From positions 22,260,001-22,324,000 of the forward strand of contig NW_024704742.1 of the NCBI RefSeq assembly GCF_018977255.1: a stretch of DNA of 64,000 bases. The letters run 5' to 3'. The stretch is from Callorhinchus milii (lineage: Eukaryota). Below the pieces are notes generated by a model. That model had not been told where the DNA came from and searched no databases. It saw only the letters and a program-made list of their open reading frames with translations. The position numbers and the translations under genes are program-made. This document shows, piece by piece, positions 1-11,802 of this stretch (its first letter is position 1; each line of letters begins with the position of its first letter).

Positions 1-639
1 TTCAACTGTGCGAGTCTTGGCATAGTTTGTCAAACGGTGTATAACCAGAAATGGCAAAGAACTAACAGAAGTAAGTGAGTTCTCCCCCCGCCCCACCCCG
101 CAAACCATCTGTGTTATGATATATAACATGTTCCCCTTTTCATTTAGTCTCCAAGATATCTGCAAAAAATGACTGTATGGAGCGGGAAACGCTATGAAAT
201 ATTTCACAATCCCTTATTTGGGGAACAAATGCGCAAATACACAACACTTGTGAATAAAACAGCTCCTTCCTCAGACTATTCTAAACACTCAATCAATAAC
301 CGTATAAACCAACATGCATCCTATAGCAAAACTTTAAACTGGGAGATCGCAGTTAGTATTATTATTATCATTATTATTATTGCAGGTCCAGTCCACAGTT
401 GACATACAGAAAGCCCATGGATAGGTGTACAGATTATTTATTCGCGTTTACAGCAGTAAGCAAACACGCCAAGGCACTGAGATCAAGTCCCCATAATTCA
501 CCAGACAGACACAGACGCTGCTGAGACTGCTCCAGGTTGGACATGGATTGCATCGCTCCTATTCGAATTGCAGTTTGATTTTCTTGCAGAGGCGTATATA
601 GTCTATCTACGGGGGTGTGTGATGTGGTGCAGACAGCCC

Positions 640-960
640 CCTTGTCAGCCACATTCTGCCGCAGATCTATTAATCATTCCCACAAGGAGTGCCAGCATGT
701 CAAGGCTTTTATTCGCTCCTCAGTTTATACAGAACCCAGTCATTTACATAAAGTCCTTTAGGCAAATAACTGTTGGGGCTCTAATTTATATCTGATCGAA
801 AATTAGCCATCATTATGCGCTCCATTAGCAGCGTCTTTAATGTGGTTCTAAGCACCATTTGTCAAGGCGCTTGTTAATATCCTTCAAGTCTTTTAACTTG
901 AGAGCTCATTAAAGTGGGGCGCCCCGTTATTGATGCCATTTAGATGAGAGTTTGCAAGAA
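640..960. promoter_or_regulatory. Candidate conserved non-coding element (homeobox/POU-site-rich), likely part of the POU4F2 regulatory landscape
   Basis: Repeat-free block with clustered TAAT/ATTA sites, including GCTCATTAA at ~904. The POU4F2-TTC29 link is inferred from vertebrate synteny. Confidence 0.35.
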
Positions 961-1045
961 TCACTCGAAACACCGTCTCCTCGCTGAACCCTCACTTGCC
1001 TTTGCACAAACGATCTCCAGCAAACAGCGAGGAGCGGAAAAAAAA

Positions 1046-1080
1046 ACACGCACACACACACACACACACAAAAAAAAAAC
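1046..1080 (+). repeat. (CA)n microsatellite followed by a poly-A run
   Basis: acacgcacacacacacacacacacaaaaaaaaaa. Confidence 0.9.
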
Positions 1081-1479
1081 ACAACGCCGCCAGAGCCGAA
1101 AAGTAATTTTAAAACGCGTTAATGCGCGTTCGGTATTTTTTATTTTATTTTTTAATTTCCTTTCGGACGAGGGGAATAATTGCAAAAAAAAAAAAGCTGC
1201 AACAGGTACTGAAAACCTAACCCGAATGAATTGGAATTGCTGTGGTGTTTATTGCTCAGACGGCTGCAGCAGCCGACAAATAATCTCAAACCACTGAGTC
1301 GACTGCAGCTCCATCTGCACATGAGCCACATCACCCTGAGTGAGAGTTGTGACTTCTCTGGGCTCTGCTGCACAAAGAAAGCACACTCCCTCCCTGTCCC
1401 CGCCTGTAAATCTGGAGAGAATTTGCCTGAAACTTTTCTTGCCTGATTATTTTTTTTCCTCCCGTCCTGACGCAGTTTG

Positions 1480-1591
1480 CGGAGTTCGCCCACAAATATG
1501 CAGTCAATTCACTGCGCAGTGTGCGACGTCCTCCCGACGTGAAAAGCGCTATATCAAATGCAAGGATTATTATTATTATTATTATTATTAT
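1480..1591 (+). mobile_element. SINE 3' fragment with L2-type stem-loop and (TAT)n tail
   Basis: gttcgcccacaaatatgcagtcaattcac...gacgtcctcccgacgtgaaaagcgctatatcaaatgcaaggattattat; the same tail as the full copies at 55762 and 59834. Confidence 0.88.
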
Positions 1592-2169
1592 TTGATAGAT
1601 GAAGCGGCCGTTCTCCCGTTCACACACCAACCAGCGTTGAAAGTGGAGGCTGACTTGCGAGCTGCGCACACCATGTGCAAACGCATGTGCACACACAGCG
1701 AAGTGATTAACGATCGACGGAAGGGCTCCAAAATCCGCTGTAACCACTGGCACTCGGGGTTTTAGTGACAGAATTACGAGTACCTGTAATTCCTTCCCTA
1801 CACCACTTCACACACGGTGCATCCAACCTGCAAGTCAGACCTCCACGTGTCTCTTTCTCACGGATTAGACCTCAGACCCATCTGACATCAGTAGCCCTTT
1901 AAAGTCTGGTCTGTGGTCTGGTCTTCTCTGACCACTTGAGTTCAGTCCCTGGTTTCATAATGCCATCTTGCAGGGTTTTTGTTTTGTTTGCCTCCCCCTC
2001 CCCCAGTCTCCCTTTGTTGTCTCCGGTTTCCCCCTTTCCCAGGGTTTGACATGTGGCACTGCTGACTGTAGGTGGAAAATTGCCCCTGGATGAGTCTCTG
2101 GCTGCACAGCGATCACTCAGCCCGGATCAGCTCAGCTCAGCTCAGCACAGCACAGAGATGGACACCAAA

Positions 2170-2460
2170 CCAGCTCCCAGTTCCCGATTAAGTTACCGGT
2201 CGCTTAATCAGGTGGACGTTATTGCATTATCTATCAGTTTGCTCATATTGGCAACACAAAGGGCTATAAATTATCACTGAAACAATCCAAACATTCATTT
2301 ACAAACTCTGCACCACATTGGCGGGACACACACTGACACATCCACACGAGCTCAACCGGACCAGTCATTGCAATCTTTTCATCTGCAGTCAAATTGGCAC
2401 ATTGGAGACCTGTCACACCACATGCAAACCGACCCCCAACAATTAAATGCGATAAAAAAA
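2170..2460. promoter_or_regulatory. Candidate conserved non-coding element
   Basis: Unique, relatively CpG-containing sequence with GATTAA, TTAATC and SOX-like ACAAAG/AACAAT motifs. Confidence 0.3.
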
Positions 2461-3281
2461 ACACTGGGAAATCTGGTAACAGTGACACATTTAGTGTGAT
2501 TCAATCGCAGGCCTTATATATATAATATATTATATATATATTCCTACTTATTAGCATTAATTCAGTGATTGCTACACCACGTTCTCATCTCCTGGAAATC
2601 GCCCCGAAGGCCTTGTTATCTCCCGTTAATTCTTGAACATCGATTATCTTTACAGTTACTTAAAGACGAACATATTCTTTTTTTCATCACGTAAAACGCA
2701 ATGGATACAATGTAATTATAAGGAAATCTGCAGAAGATTGCTTAATTAATTCAGAGTATTTCCTCAGTGGATCCAAACTTTTTTAAAAAATTTTTTTAAA
2801 GAAAATGTTGCAGAAATCACTCAAAGTATTGACTCAGACTCTCTCTTACCAAGGTGTTGGGAAATGTACATGAGCAAGAATTTTATCTACACAACGATTG
2901 CAGGGAATAAGGGAATGAAAGCAGATCTCAGCACACGTCGTATCTCATGGATCTGTGTTAATATACGAACTCCAGTTTAAAAGGAGAAAGCCTTCATAAG
3001 AATAAATATTAACAATAAACTAATCTTTTTTTCTAAAAAAAATAAACTGAACCCCCTTCCCGAAGAGGCTATACTATCTCGTCCTTGTGTGCATGGAATC
3101 GCTATTAAAAGTATAGACTCAGGTATCCCCCCCCCCAAAAAAAAATTTCTGATTTGCTATTCTCCTCAATATGAAAGGGGCTTCTCAGGATTACGAGAGT
3201 GGGGGAAAAAAAAGTCGCATCATTTTTTTAAAAAGATTATTTTCTGGGACACATGAACATCCATCCCACAGTGCAGTGAGT

Positions 3282-3282
<1 letters not shown>

Positions 3283-3312
<30 letters not shown>
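3283..3312 (+). repeat. (AC)n microsatellite
   Basis: About 15 perfect AC units. Confidence 0.95.
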
Positions 3313-3313
<1 letters not shown>

Positions 3314-3655
3314 GCTGTCTGACTTTCGACGTCCACTTGGGGCTCGAAAGGACAACTATAGGTCGTCAGGAGTGGCCTCAGAGCGAGTGTGGTGGAGTGA
3401 GTGCCCTGTGCTCACAGCAGCAGCAGCAGCAGATCTGAGACTACTTTATTGTTATGGAAATCTGGTCTGCCCGGGTTTTACGGGTTCCTTTAGGCTATAG
3501 TAATAAACACAGTAATTAGGATGCTAAAGACAGATGTAAATAAAAGGAACGAGGCGCTGCTGATAGATGAGTCGCTGGGTCAGGCCCTCATCAAATAGCC
3601 CAGTGGGTAGCAAATGCTCCTCTCCATGCCAATGGCCTCGGGCAAAAAACAGGGG

Positions 3656-3673
3656 ACACACACACACACACAC
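3656..3673 (+). repeat. (AC)n microsatellite
   Basis: acacacacacacacacac. Confidence 0.9.
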
Positions 3674-5564
3674 AGAGATGGAGAGGGAGAGGCTGGGCAG
3701 GGCGTTTAGGCAATAATTACACCGAAATGTCACAGCATCTCAGCAGCAGGCAGAAGAGCAAACAGGCTCAGGCATAACCTATTTCAACTGCGCTATTATT
3801 ACCATCTCCACAGTTTATTGAAGTGCTGAATTGAGATTCTCCATCTCCTCTTCACTAATCGTTCCAGAGAATACGCCTCTGAATGTCTGGGTGGACCCCC
3901 CACAGCCCACGCAGTCGTTGCTCTTTTCGCCGGTGAACGTGTTTCGGTGGATCTCCAGTTTCGTTATCCACCTGAAAAAAAAATAACTCGGTTCCCACTT
4001 AATTTGTCACGTATTAAACATATTGTGTCAGAATTATTTTTCCCCCCCCCCCCACCTCCCCCCTATCACCGTGCAAATGTTGCTGTGCACTTGTAATACT
4101 GAGGGTAATAATAGCCACAAATGGTCCAAAAAAAAGTAAATATAGTATTGCAATGTGTTTATGTCAGTAACCATATTTATCTTCTGTGATTCTTTCAAGA
4201 AAACGAATGTACCACATAGGAGTGATCAGTTTGCATCCTTCCTGAGGGCAGGCAATACCAGGAATGCTCAGCACATATATGCTGTGCAAACAGATGGATT
4301 TTGCTGGGTTTAAAACAAACGTTTGGTGAAGAATCATTTGATAGTCCAAAGTAAGTTTCGACCATTATGAGGAGAGTTCTAGGCTTTTGTTATTGGTGGC
4401 CGTTGTTTATTTCGAAACCACAAAGTATACCTGTTCACTGCAAAACAGCAAAGTCATCCAGCCATGGACACGGGTTTCCTTAAGAAAAATAAAACGAATG
4501 AAGAGAAAACGGTTGCAGATAAAATGTTGGTAGTTACGTAACATCAAATAGCAACTGATCTTTCCAACATCAGAGCTGAGAAAACAAGTTAGCAGAAGAG
4601 AAAATCAAGAGAGACAGTCTATCAGGTTGGAGAAGCTGCTCTTGCATCTGACACGTCTGCAAATTCTGTCCTTTCAAACTATTTAACTGTGAAGGTAAAA
4701 AAAAAAAGAAGCTGCAAAGTGTTCAGATTGGATTTACCTGCAAACACGATTTCCCCGCAAACTGCAAACGCAACCCCTGTTTGCAATTGGTTTGCCTGCG
4801 GGATTTGTGAAAGTTGGTTACCCGACACAACTTGTGAGCAATAATAATTTAACATTGGCGTGAAGTAACATTGTCAACAGCTGCACGATTGTGGGGGTGG
4901 ATAGATATTAACGTTGTTCTTTTTCCAATTGCACGATCACTTGTTTATGACCGCATTTTCAATCCAGACGTTGTTCTGAACCAGTTATCTTTATACTCGG
5001 GTTACAGTCTGGGATCAGTGTTTCCAGCACAACTTGTGGGACTTGTAGATATCAGTGGTTTCAGATCACAGTCGCTGCTAACCATTGTAATAGCCTTAAC
5101 TGAGCGAAGTGTGTACATACACTGTAAATCGTCTGGTTCCCATTTCCCATAGCACATCACCTTATAGCAAAGCATCGCAAAATCTGAAGCTCACACACCT
5201 GCAGACAGAAGCTCGTTTCCTTTTGTAACTTTCACAATATAGAATCACTGTTGTTGGTGGGAGAGAATCTCAAAACAAACCATGAACTGTTACTCAAATG
5301 ACCACAGCCTGTCCCTGGACAGTGCAATAATAATACATTCACAAAGGCACTGTCAACACTGTTGATGATATTCCCTAAAATGTTTTTGAACATAATTTGC
5401 AAAGCTAGCACTTCATATCTATTATCAGCATTACTAATAATTCATTCTGTGAAGTGGTCTTACATGCCCTCCCCCCATCCCCGTCACACAGCGGCGATTT
5501 AACCATCATTCTTTCTTTCCACACAGAAATACCCACAAGCAATCTCTGTCAGTCCCGATGCTAT

Positions 5565-5645
5565 GATATTCCTTGCATTTTGGTACAGAGGGCTTTGGAG
5601 GACGTCTCAAAGCGCTTCACAGGATTTACTGTGCAGTGTAGTGAC
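5565..5645 (-). mobile_element. SINE 3' tail fragment
   Basis: ccttgcattt...gacgtctcaaagcgcttcacagga, the reverse complement of the SINE tail. Confidence 0.7.
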
Positions 5646-5884
5646 AGTGTGTCAAGTAAAGTGTGTACAAATATAGTGTAGGTGAAACGTTAAAAGGAGC
5701 TTAAAAATTCAGTTTCGAGTAGAAAGCTTTGTTGAAGGGATTATTATTATCCAGTAATTGGAAAAAAATCAATTTAATATACTCTAATGCAAGCTCCAGC
5801 CCACTCTTAAACTAACTACTTCTGCAGAGCCAAGGTTGATACACTTGAGTTGTATTCAATATTACTTTCAAGTGTTTTTCTGGG

Positions 5885-6100
5885 AGTAGTTATATACTGC
5901 CCTCCCAACACACACACAAAAAAAATTGGTCGCTCAATCCACAACTGTTTGTGGGAAACTCCTGTGCACAATTGGTTGCCACATTTCGCCCATAAAATAT
6001 ACAGTCAATTCACTTTACAGTATATTCCGTGAGGCGCTTTGAGATGTTGCAATGACGTGGTAAGATGCTATATCAAATTCAAGGAATATTGTTATTATAA
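5885..6100 (+). mobile_element. 5'-truncated SINE (body and tail)
   Basis: ggtcgctcaatccacaactgtttgtggg...cgcccataaaatatacagtcaattcactttacag...tatatcaaattcaagg. Confidence 0.85.
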
Positions 6101-6682
6101 TGTATGTGGTACACTGAACATTTTTTAAAACTAGGTGTTACGTTTCACTTTTAATTGCACTGAATTGTACCTGTTGTGTGTTGAAGTACCTTTTGTCCCT
6201 CACAATGACAGTAATCTTAAATCTTTAGAACAACAATATCTCAAGGTGAATGGGTTCTGCACAAAAGCGACACTGAGAGATGTTTCTCTCAACTCAGATT
6301 CACAGCTCACATTTATTTGGAGGCTTTCACTTCAAAGCCCGTGGAGAAGAGTTGCAAAGTCTCCCCTGGCGAGTTTACTCTAGAACAAGTCACCCTGTTA
6401 GTTTGTGATCCCTGCAGAGATTTATTGCTGAACAAAGTCCCTACAGCAATTAGTTTATTCTACAATGAGGATCAGGTTCAGGGCTTTACCTGATATACAA
6501 CGTTTCAAAGAGAAAAACATTATTTCAAGGAAGAAAAGTTTATGACTATGAGGGATGGAGTGTATTTAGCACTTGATTCATGAGACGGGTGTATCTGTTA
6601 TGGAGCAGATTTGACGGACAATTTCACAATTCAACTTTATTTAGAAACTTTCACTTGAAATAACTCGCAGACAAGTTTCATA

Positions 6683-6850
6683 ATAATAATAATCCTTGCA
6701 TTTGATATAGCACCGTATCACGTCGTCAAGATGTCTCAAAGCACTTCACAAGATATGCTGTAAACTGGAGTGATTGTATTTTGTGGGTGCAGTGTCCCAC
6801 AAGCAGCCAACAAGCAACCATGGAGTGAGTGGCCAATTTTATTTTGGAAA
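6683..6850 (-). mobile_element. SINE 3' half, minus strand
   Basis: aataataatccttgcatttgatatagc...ctcaaagcacttcaca...catggagtgagtggccaatttt. Confidence 0.8.
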
Positions 6851-6857
6851 TAAAAAA

Positions 6858-7033
6858 GTAATAATAATTTGGTCACTCAATCCACGACTGTGTGTGGGAC
6901 ACTGCTGTGCACAATTATCTGCCACGTTTCACCCACAAAATATAGTTAATTCACTTTACAGCATATCCCGTGAAGCGCTTTGAGAAATCTCAACAACGTA
7001 ATAAGGTGCTATATATAATGCAAGGATTATTAT
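6858..7033 (+). mobile_element. SINE 3' half, plus strand
   Basis: ttggtcactcaatccacgactg...gtgaagcgctttgaga...atgcaaggattattat. Confidence 0.85.
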
Positions 7034-7944
7034 ATGACAATACCAGATTGCATTAATACAGCGCTTTTCATATGGGGAGGACGTCCCAGGTGCTGAGTTT
7101 GTCTTGCCTTCGGGTTGTGTTAAAGCAAGGCTCGAGGCTTATGAGATTTTGGAGACTTTGCCTTCAAACAGAAGTTGCAGAAGCCTGGAATCTATAACTG
7201 GAGACTGGAATCTTTGTTTCCCAATGTTGTAAATGGTCTCCATTTTCCTCCATCACAACAGAGGCAGATATTTGTTTCAATCACTTTGGCATCTAATCAT
7301 CTCTTGAGTGAAATGCAGTGATGAGGACATTAGATGTGAATGCAGTGGTTTCATGTTAGCGGAATGTTTCTGGGATTCAGTGTTGCAGAGTCAAGAATCA
7401 TTCTGTCATGATTTTTGATGTGTTTTCATTTGTATGCAAGTCTTAACCACTGTCTGATAATTACTCTCTTGTGCATCCCCTTAACGTCTTTTTCATAATG
7501 ACCATTTAAAAAAAAATCTGTCTCCTGGGGGCCACTGGCTCTGAACATTTTTAGTTCATTTTACTGTAAAGCAGTAAAAATTCTACTCGTATTACATTAA
7601 TAAAGCCATTCAAACATCGAGGCAGACATGTCACTCAAACAGAAACCATAAACTACTGAACTGCTGAAATAAATACCAAAAGGTAATTTGAAGTAAAAGT
7701 AAACACGCCTTGCAATCTTCTTCCCTATTCCCGAGTTTCTGAATTGTAACTTTATTTTTTACTATTTACTTTGTTCTCCCTATTATAACCTTTTTCCTCT
7801 GACTTTTCTGCACTTGAAACCTATCATTTAGCATCCTTTTTTCTTTCTTCCATCAATTGGAACTTTTTTTCTTAAAACATTCCTGTTGCTATAAACTGGT
7901 GGCATGTAACTAACCGAAAATTGTCAGGGGTTGCATGATAGAAA

Positions 7945-8150
7945 TCTATGGAACTGGCTCCCTTGCGAGAAGGTGAAGAAGAAAGTATCAATTCTTTCAA
8001 ATGCAAATTAGATATTTTCTTTTAGGAAATAATATTCTGGGATACAGAATATGAGTAGTTCAGGACATGACACCTACCCGTGACTGCCAGGATGGTGGAA
8101 GGCGAACTAGATGTACCTTGGTCTTTTTTATCTAGTATTCCTATATTGCT
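7945..8150 (+). mobile_element. CR1-type LINE 3' end fragment
   Basis: atggaactggctccc...ttctttcaaatgcaaattagat, then gtgactgccaggatggtggaaggcgaactagatg; this 3' UTR motif recurs at ~13789-13862. Confidence 0.6.
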
Positions 8151-8974
8151 ACAGAAGTAGTTTTGTCACTATCTATTCCAGAAATTAGGAGTAGTTAGAA
8201 CAGGGGTCATGAATATACTGTAAATATGCACCTTCAGCACTCACTTCAGGGTAAATTTATGTCACTTTAATGTTGATAACAAACATTTCAAGGCTTAGAA
8301 TCTGTCATGGACTTCACATTAAGACCTTTGCTTTATATTTGAGATTGTGCAGAGTTTCAGAAACTGCTTAAATTCAGTTTTACTTTGGAAGATGGTTTAT
8401 TTGGAAACTGTCAAAAAAAAAGCTTCCAAATTAAAGCTGAACCTCAATATGTTTCCACAATTCTGCACAATCTTAAAACAATCTATGTCATTGGTCTTGA
8501 GGAAGCTTGAGCATATGCTTTGGTGCATAGTGCATCTGACAAGGTCAGAAAACCTTCACAAAAATCATTGCAGGTCATCAATAGTTTTGGCAGATTTTAC
8601 AGCACTAATGGACTATATGATTCCCTGTGAAAATCTTGCACAAAGAGTTATGTAAAGAAACAAATCAGTAAATGGTCACAATTCCAGTTTGTCAGTGCGG
8701 TTTTATTTTGTGCTACTTTCACCTCACTCTTTAGGGCAGTTCTATTGAATATTTTGAACAGCATTTTCTTTGGAGTGTATTATTGGAAAAACATCCCTCC
8801 TGTAAAGTTGCAATGGTGTAAATTGCAGCAGAAACTCAGTGAATGGGTTTTGGAAATAACTGAATCATTAAGAAAAGTTTAGATGATTTTTAGTGGAAGG
8901 GCAATGTTGTAATGAATACATCATTGTATTTCATTGCTCAGCACCAAACAAGTTAACAAGTAAATTATTGACTC

Positions 8975-9210
8975 ACAGGAAGGGTGGGAAGAAGATAGAA
9001 GGGAGGGAGAGAGGGCAGAAAGGGATAAACAAATGAATCAAAACTGGAAATAAATGAAAGCAGAGAGAAAATATAAAATAATAAAGTGGTTGCAGGGAAA
9101 ACAAGGATGGAGGAACGAGGAGAGGCTGCTGAGAAATATTAAGATAAGGAGAGAACATGGAATGAAGGAAAGGTTAAAGAAAAGCAGAGGGGAAGGAGGA
9201 CAAAATAAAT
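8975..9210 (+). repeat. Purine-rich (GA) low-complexity tract
   Basis: Strong A/G strand bias; accounts for the spurious F/L/P-rich and K/E/R-rich ORFs here. Confidence 0.7.
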
Positions 9211-10481
9211 ACTGTATGAAAGTCAGAATTAAAGTAGGAAAATCAGCAGTTTCAAATGTTCTGCGAAATTTGATAAAATCATCCAAATGAAAGCCTGTTC
9301 CTCCTAATATGTGTCTTTACAATGAGTTTCCCGCAATAAAACAAAGGATGAGGTAGCATTGACCACAACTGCAGACTCAAAACACCTAAACTTTGTGTAC
9401 AGTATTTGCCCAATAATTTAGATTGTTGACTTCCTATCATTTTTAGTCTGAAAGCTGCCTGCTGATAAGACTGAAAAAGTGGAGGTTAAGTGACTAATGT
9501 AGAAGTGACCAACAAATATCACTTGAACCCACTGATCCTGGGAAGGTCTGAGGCTGCACTTAGTGGTTTGTTCTTATTATGCATACACAAAAAAAAAAAT
9601 CCTGTAAGTATACAGCACAGTCTGCAGTGTATGAGTGTCTTGGAGCATAGTGAGGAGTGTGTCACTCTTCATACTTAATCAAAAGTCCCATTTTCCATAT
9701 TCACTGTTTCTTTTGCTGGAGGGCTTCATGGACAGAAGAGGCTTGATAGAGCCAGCAATCAAATTATGTGGCTTGAGGAGAAATGATATATGTTGTGTCC
9801 TAAAGAGCACTAAGATCAGGCTTTGTTTACAGAAATATCATAACTTGGATATTTGACATAGTTCACTGTGAAATTCTAATTCTCTGCTTTCAGTACTTCT
9901 TTCTGTTTCTGTATTTTTTTGTTGCTGCTTTTAGTTCTTTTCTTGCTTTACTCTATTCTTTCCAGTCTTTGCCTCAGTTTATAATCTGATTGTAATCTTT
10001 CCCCGGCCCAAAGCCTTATATCTCTTCCTTTCACCTTCACTTCACTTCTATCTTTCTCTCGTCAAATGATGTTACAAATAAGATGTTATGCACTTTCTTT
10101 GAGGATCTCAGCAGTTCAAGGTATCTGCCAAGTCTGCGGATATGTGCATTTGCAGGCTGTTTTACAAAGAGAGAGGTTAACAACTGAAATAGGTTATCAG
10201 GAAGAGTCATTGAGAATAAGACAATGGGTCCATTTAAGAACAGCTTGATATAATGAGAAGGATGGATATTCTAGAAGGTTAAATGGATTGGAGGGGCTTC
10301 TTCATCTGAACTGCTCATGATCTTGTTCTGTTTTAAACTGAAGATTGTCTAGATTTGTTGTTGTTGTGGATTAGGATATTGGAATTCCTGTAGGAAAGAG
10401 AACTCCTGCCCTTACAGTTAGGTCTCTCAAAAACATCAGAGAAAATCGAATGGAGAGAGACTTGAGCAATAGTTGAGAAAA

Positions 10482-10580
10482 TAATAATCATAATCCTTGC
10501 ATTTGACATTGTGACCTTTAGGTTGGTAGGATGTTGCAAATCGCTTCATAGGATTGACTGTAAAATGTAGTGACTTTACA
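10482..10580 (-). mobile_element. SINE 3' tail fragment
   Basis: taataatcataatccttgcatttgacat...cgcttcataggattgactgtaaaatgtagtgact. Confidence 0.7.
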
Positions 10581-11139
10581 GGTGGAATAATTATAAACTG
10601 ATGTGGTGTGGCCCTATTATACACTTTTTCTGATATAGTCTTTTTAACAAGAGAGGGTGACTGGGAAAAGCAATGTGACATTTCCAAAGATAGTCAACGA
10701 GTATTATTGTACAACAACTGATCATGTATTTTAAATCAACTTGGTGTATCAACACTGTTATCTTTATCGTATCAGTTTCATGAAGATATTCAGGAAATCT
10801 AATTTCTTTCATGGCAATATGCTTACCTTGCCACAGATAATGAAAAAAAATGCTTGAAAGCGGATATTATTATGCTTTTATTTTGGTGGATGCGTATTGT
10901 GCTGTTCTTCAAATAGCACTTACCTGGGTGTAACTGTAACATCTTCCGCAATGTTCAGTTGCATGTGATTTTATCGTGTTTTGGGGGAGAACCCCTCAAA
11001 ACCCACCTCAAGATGTAGCTGTTTTGACCGCACTTTTGGTTGTCTTTCCACTTTCCACCCTCTTCAGCTGCCCCCACCAATCCCCCCACCACCCCACCCC
11101 CAGCCTGATGTGAACAATGCTATACAGTTGTTGTTTAAG

Positions 11140-11685
11140 TCAGGAGGATGTCATACTGACATAGTGTGGGCAGCAATAAATAATGTAAACAGGATACTGG
11201 GTTATATTGCTAGATCAGTTGAGTTCAGATATCTATATAGCGCTCTGGCCAGACTCACCTGGAGGACTGCATACAGTTCTAGTCACTGTGACATAAGGCA
11301 GCTGCTCAGGTCCTAAGACAGTGCGGAGGTGAGCGACAAAGTTGATCCTCAATGTTAAAGGAATGAGCTTCTATGAGCAATGATTAGACAAGCTAGAGCT
11401 TTTCATTCTGGAGAGAAGTCATCTCATAGAAATGTTTAAGATTTTAAATGGGATTGAGAAAGTAAACCCAGATCAATACTTCAGCATGCAATAATACAGT
11501 ACAATGAGTGTGAAATTGCAAAGTGCATTTTCAGAACAGACACCAGGAAGATTGTCTTTACCAGGATAATTAATGACTGGAAGGGTGGTTTTTGAAAGCA
11601 GCTTGATGCTGTGAAGACAGCGTATTCTGGAAGGATGAGATCAAGTGAACTGAAGGAGCTTTTTAATATTTGAACAAATTCTTAA
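11140..11685 (+). mobile_element. Degenerate CR1-clade LINE (3' part of ORF2)
   Basis: Translation AAINNVNRILGYIARSVEF...LYSALAR resembles the CR1 motif ANR.LG.I.R...LY..LVRPHLEY. Similar to the fragment at 33979-34330. Confidence 0.8.
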
Positions 11686-11699
11686 ATCATATTTAGTCA

Positions 11700-11802
11700 T
11701 CTCGCCCCTCCCTCTCCCCCTGGCTCGTTGTTGTACACCTCCATTGGGAAGCGCTTCGGGACACTACCCCATGTGAAGGGCGCTATATAAATATAAGTTG
11801 TT
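11700..11802 (+). mobile_element. L2 LINE 3' tail
   Basis: aagcgcttcgggacactaccccatgtgaagggcgctatataaatataagttgtt. Confidence 0.7.

Noticed and set aside
1331..1765. Overlapping 140-aa ORFs with poly-Y and poly-I
   Set aside because: They are produced by the SINE (TAT)n tail; the same KCKDYYYY and ILAFDI peptides recur at every SINE copy.
1..5300. POU4F2 coding sequence
   Set aside because: No POU-specific domain or homeodomain is visible in any frame; the gene is expected only from synteny, outside the window.
8973..9290. Hydrophobic and basic ORFs
   Set aside because: Artefacts of a purine-rich low-complexity tract.
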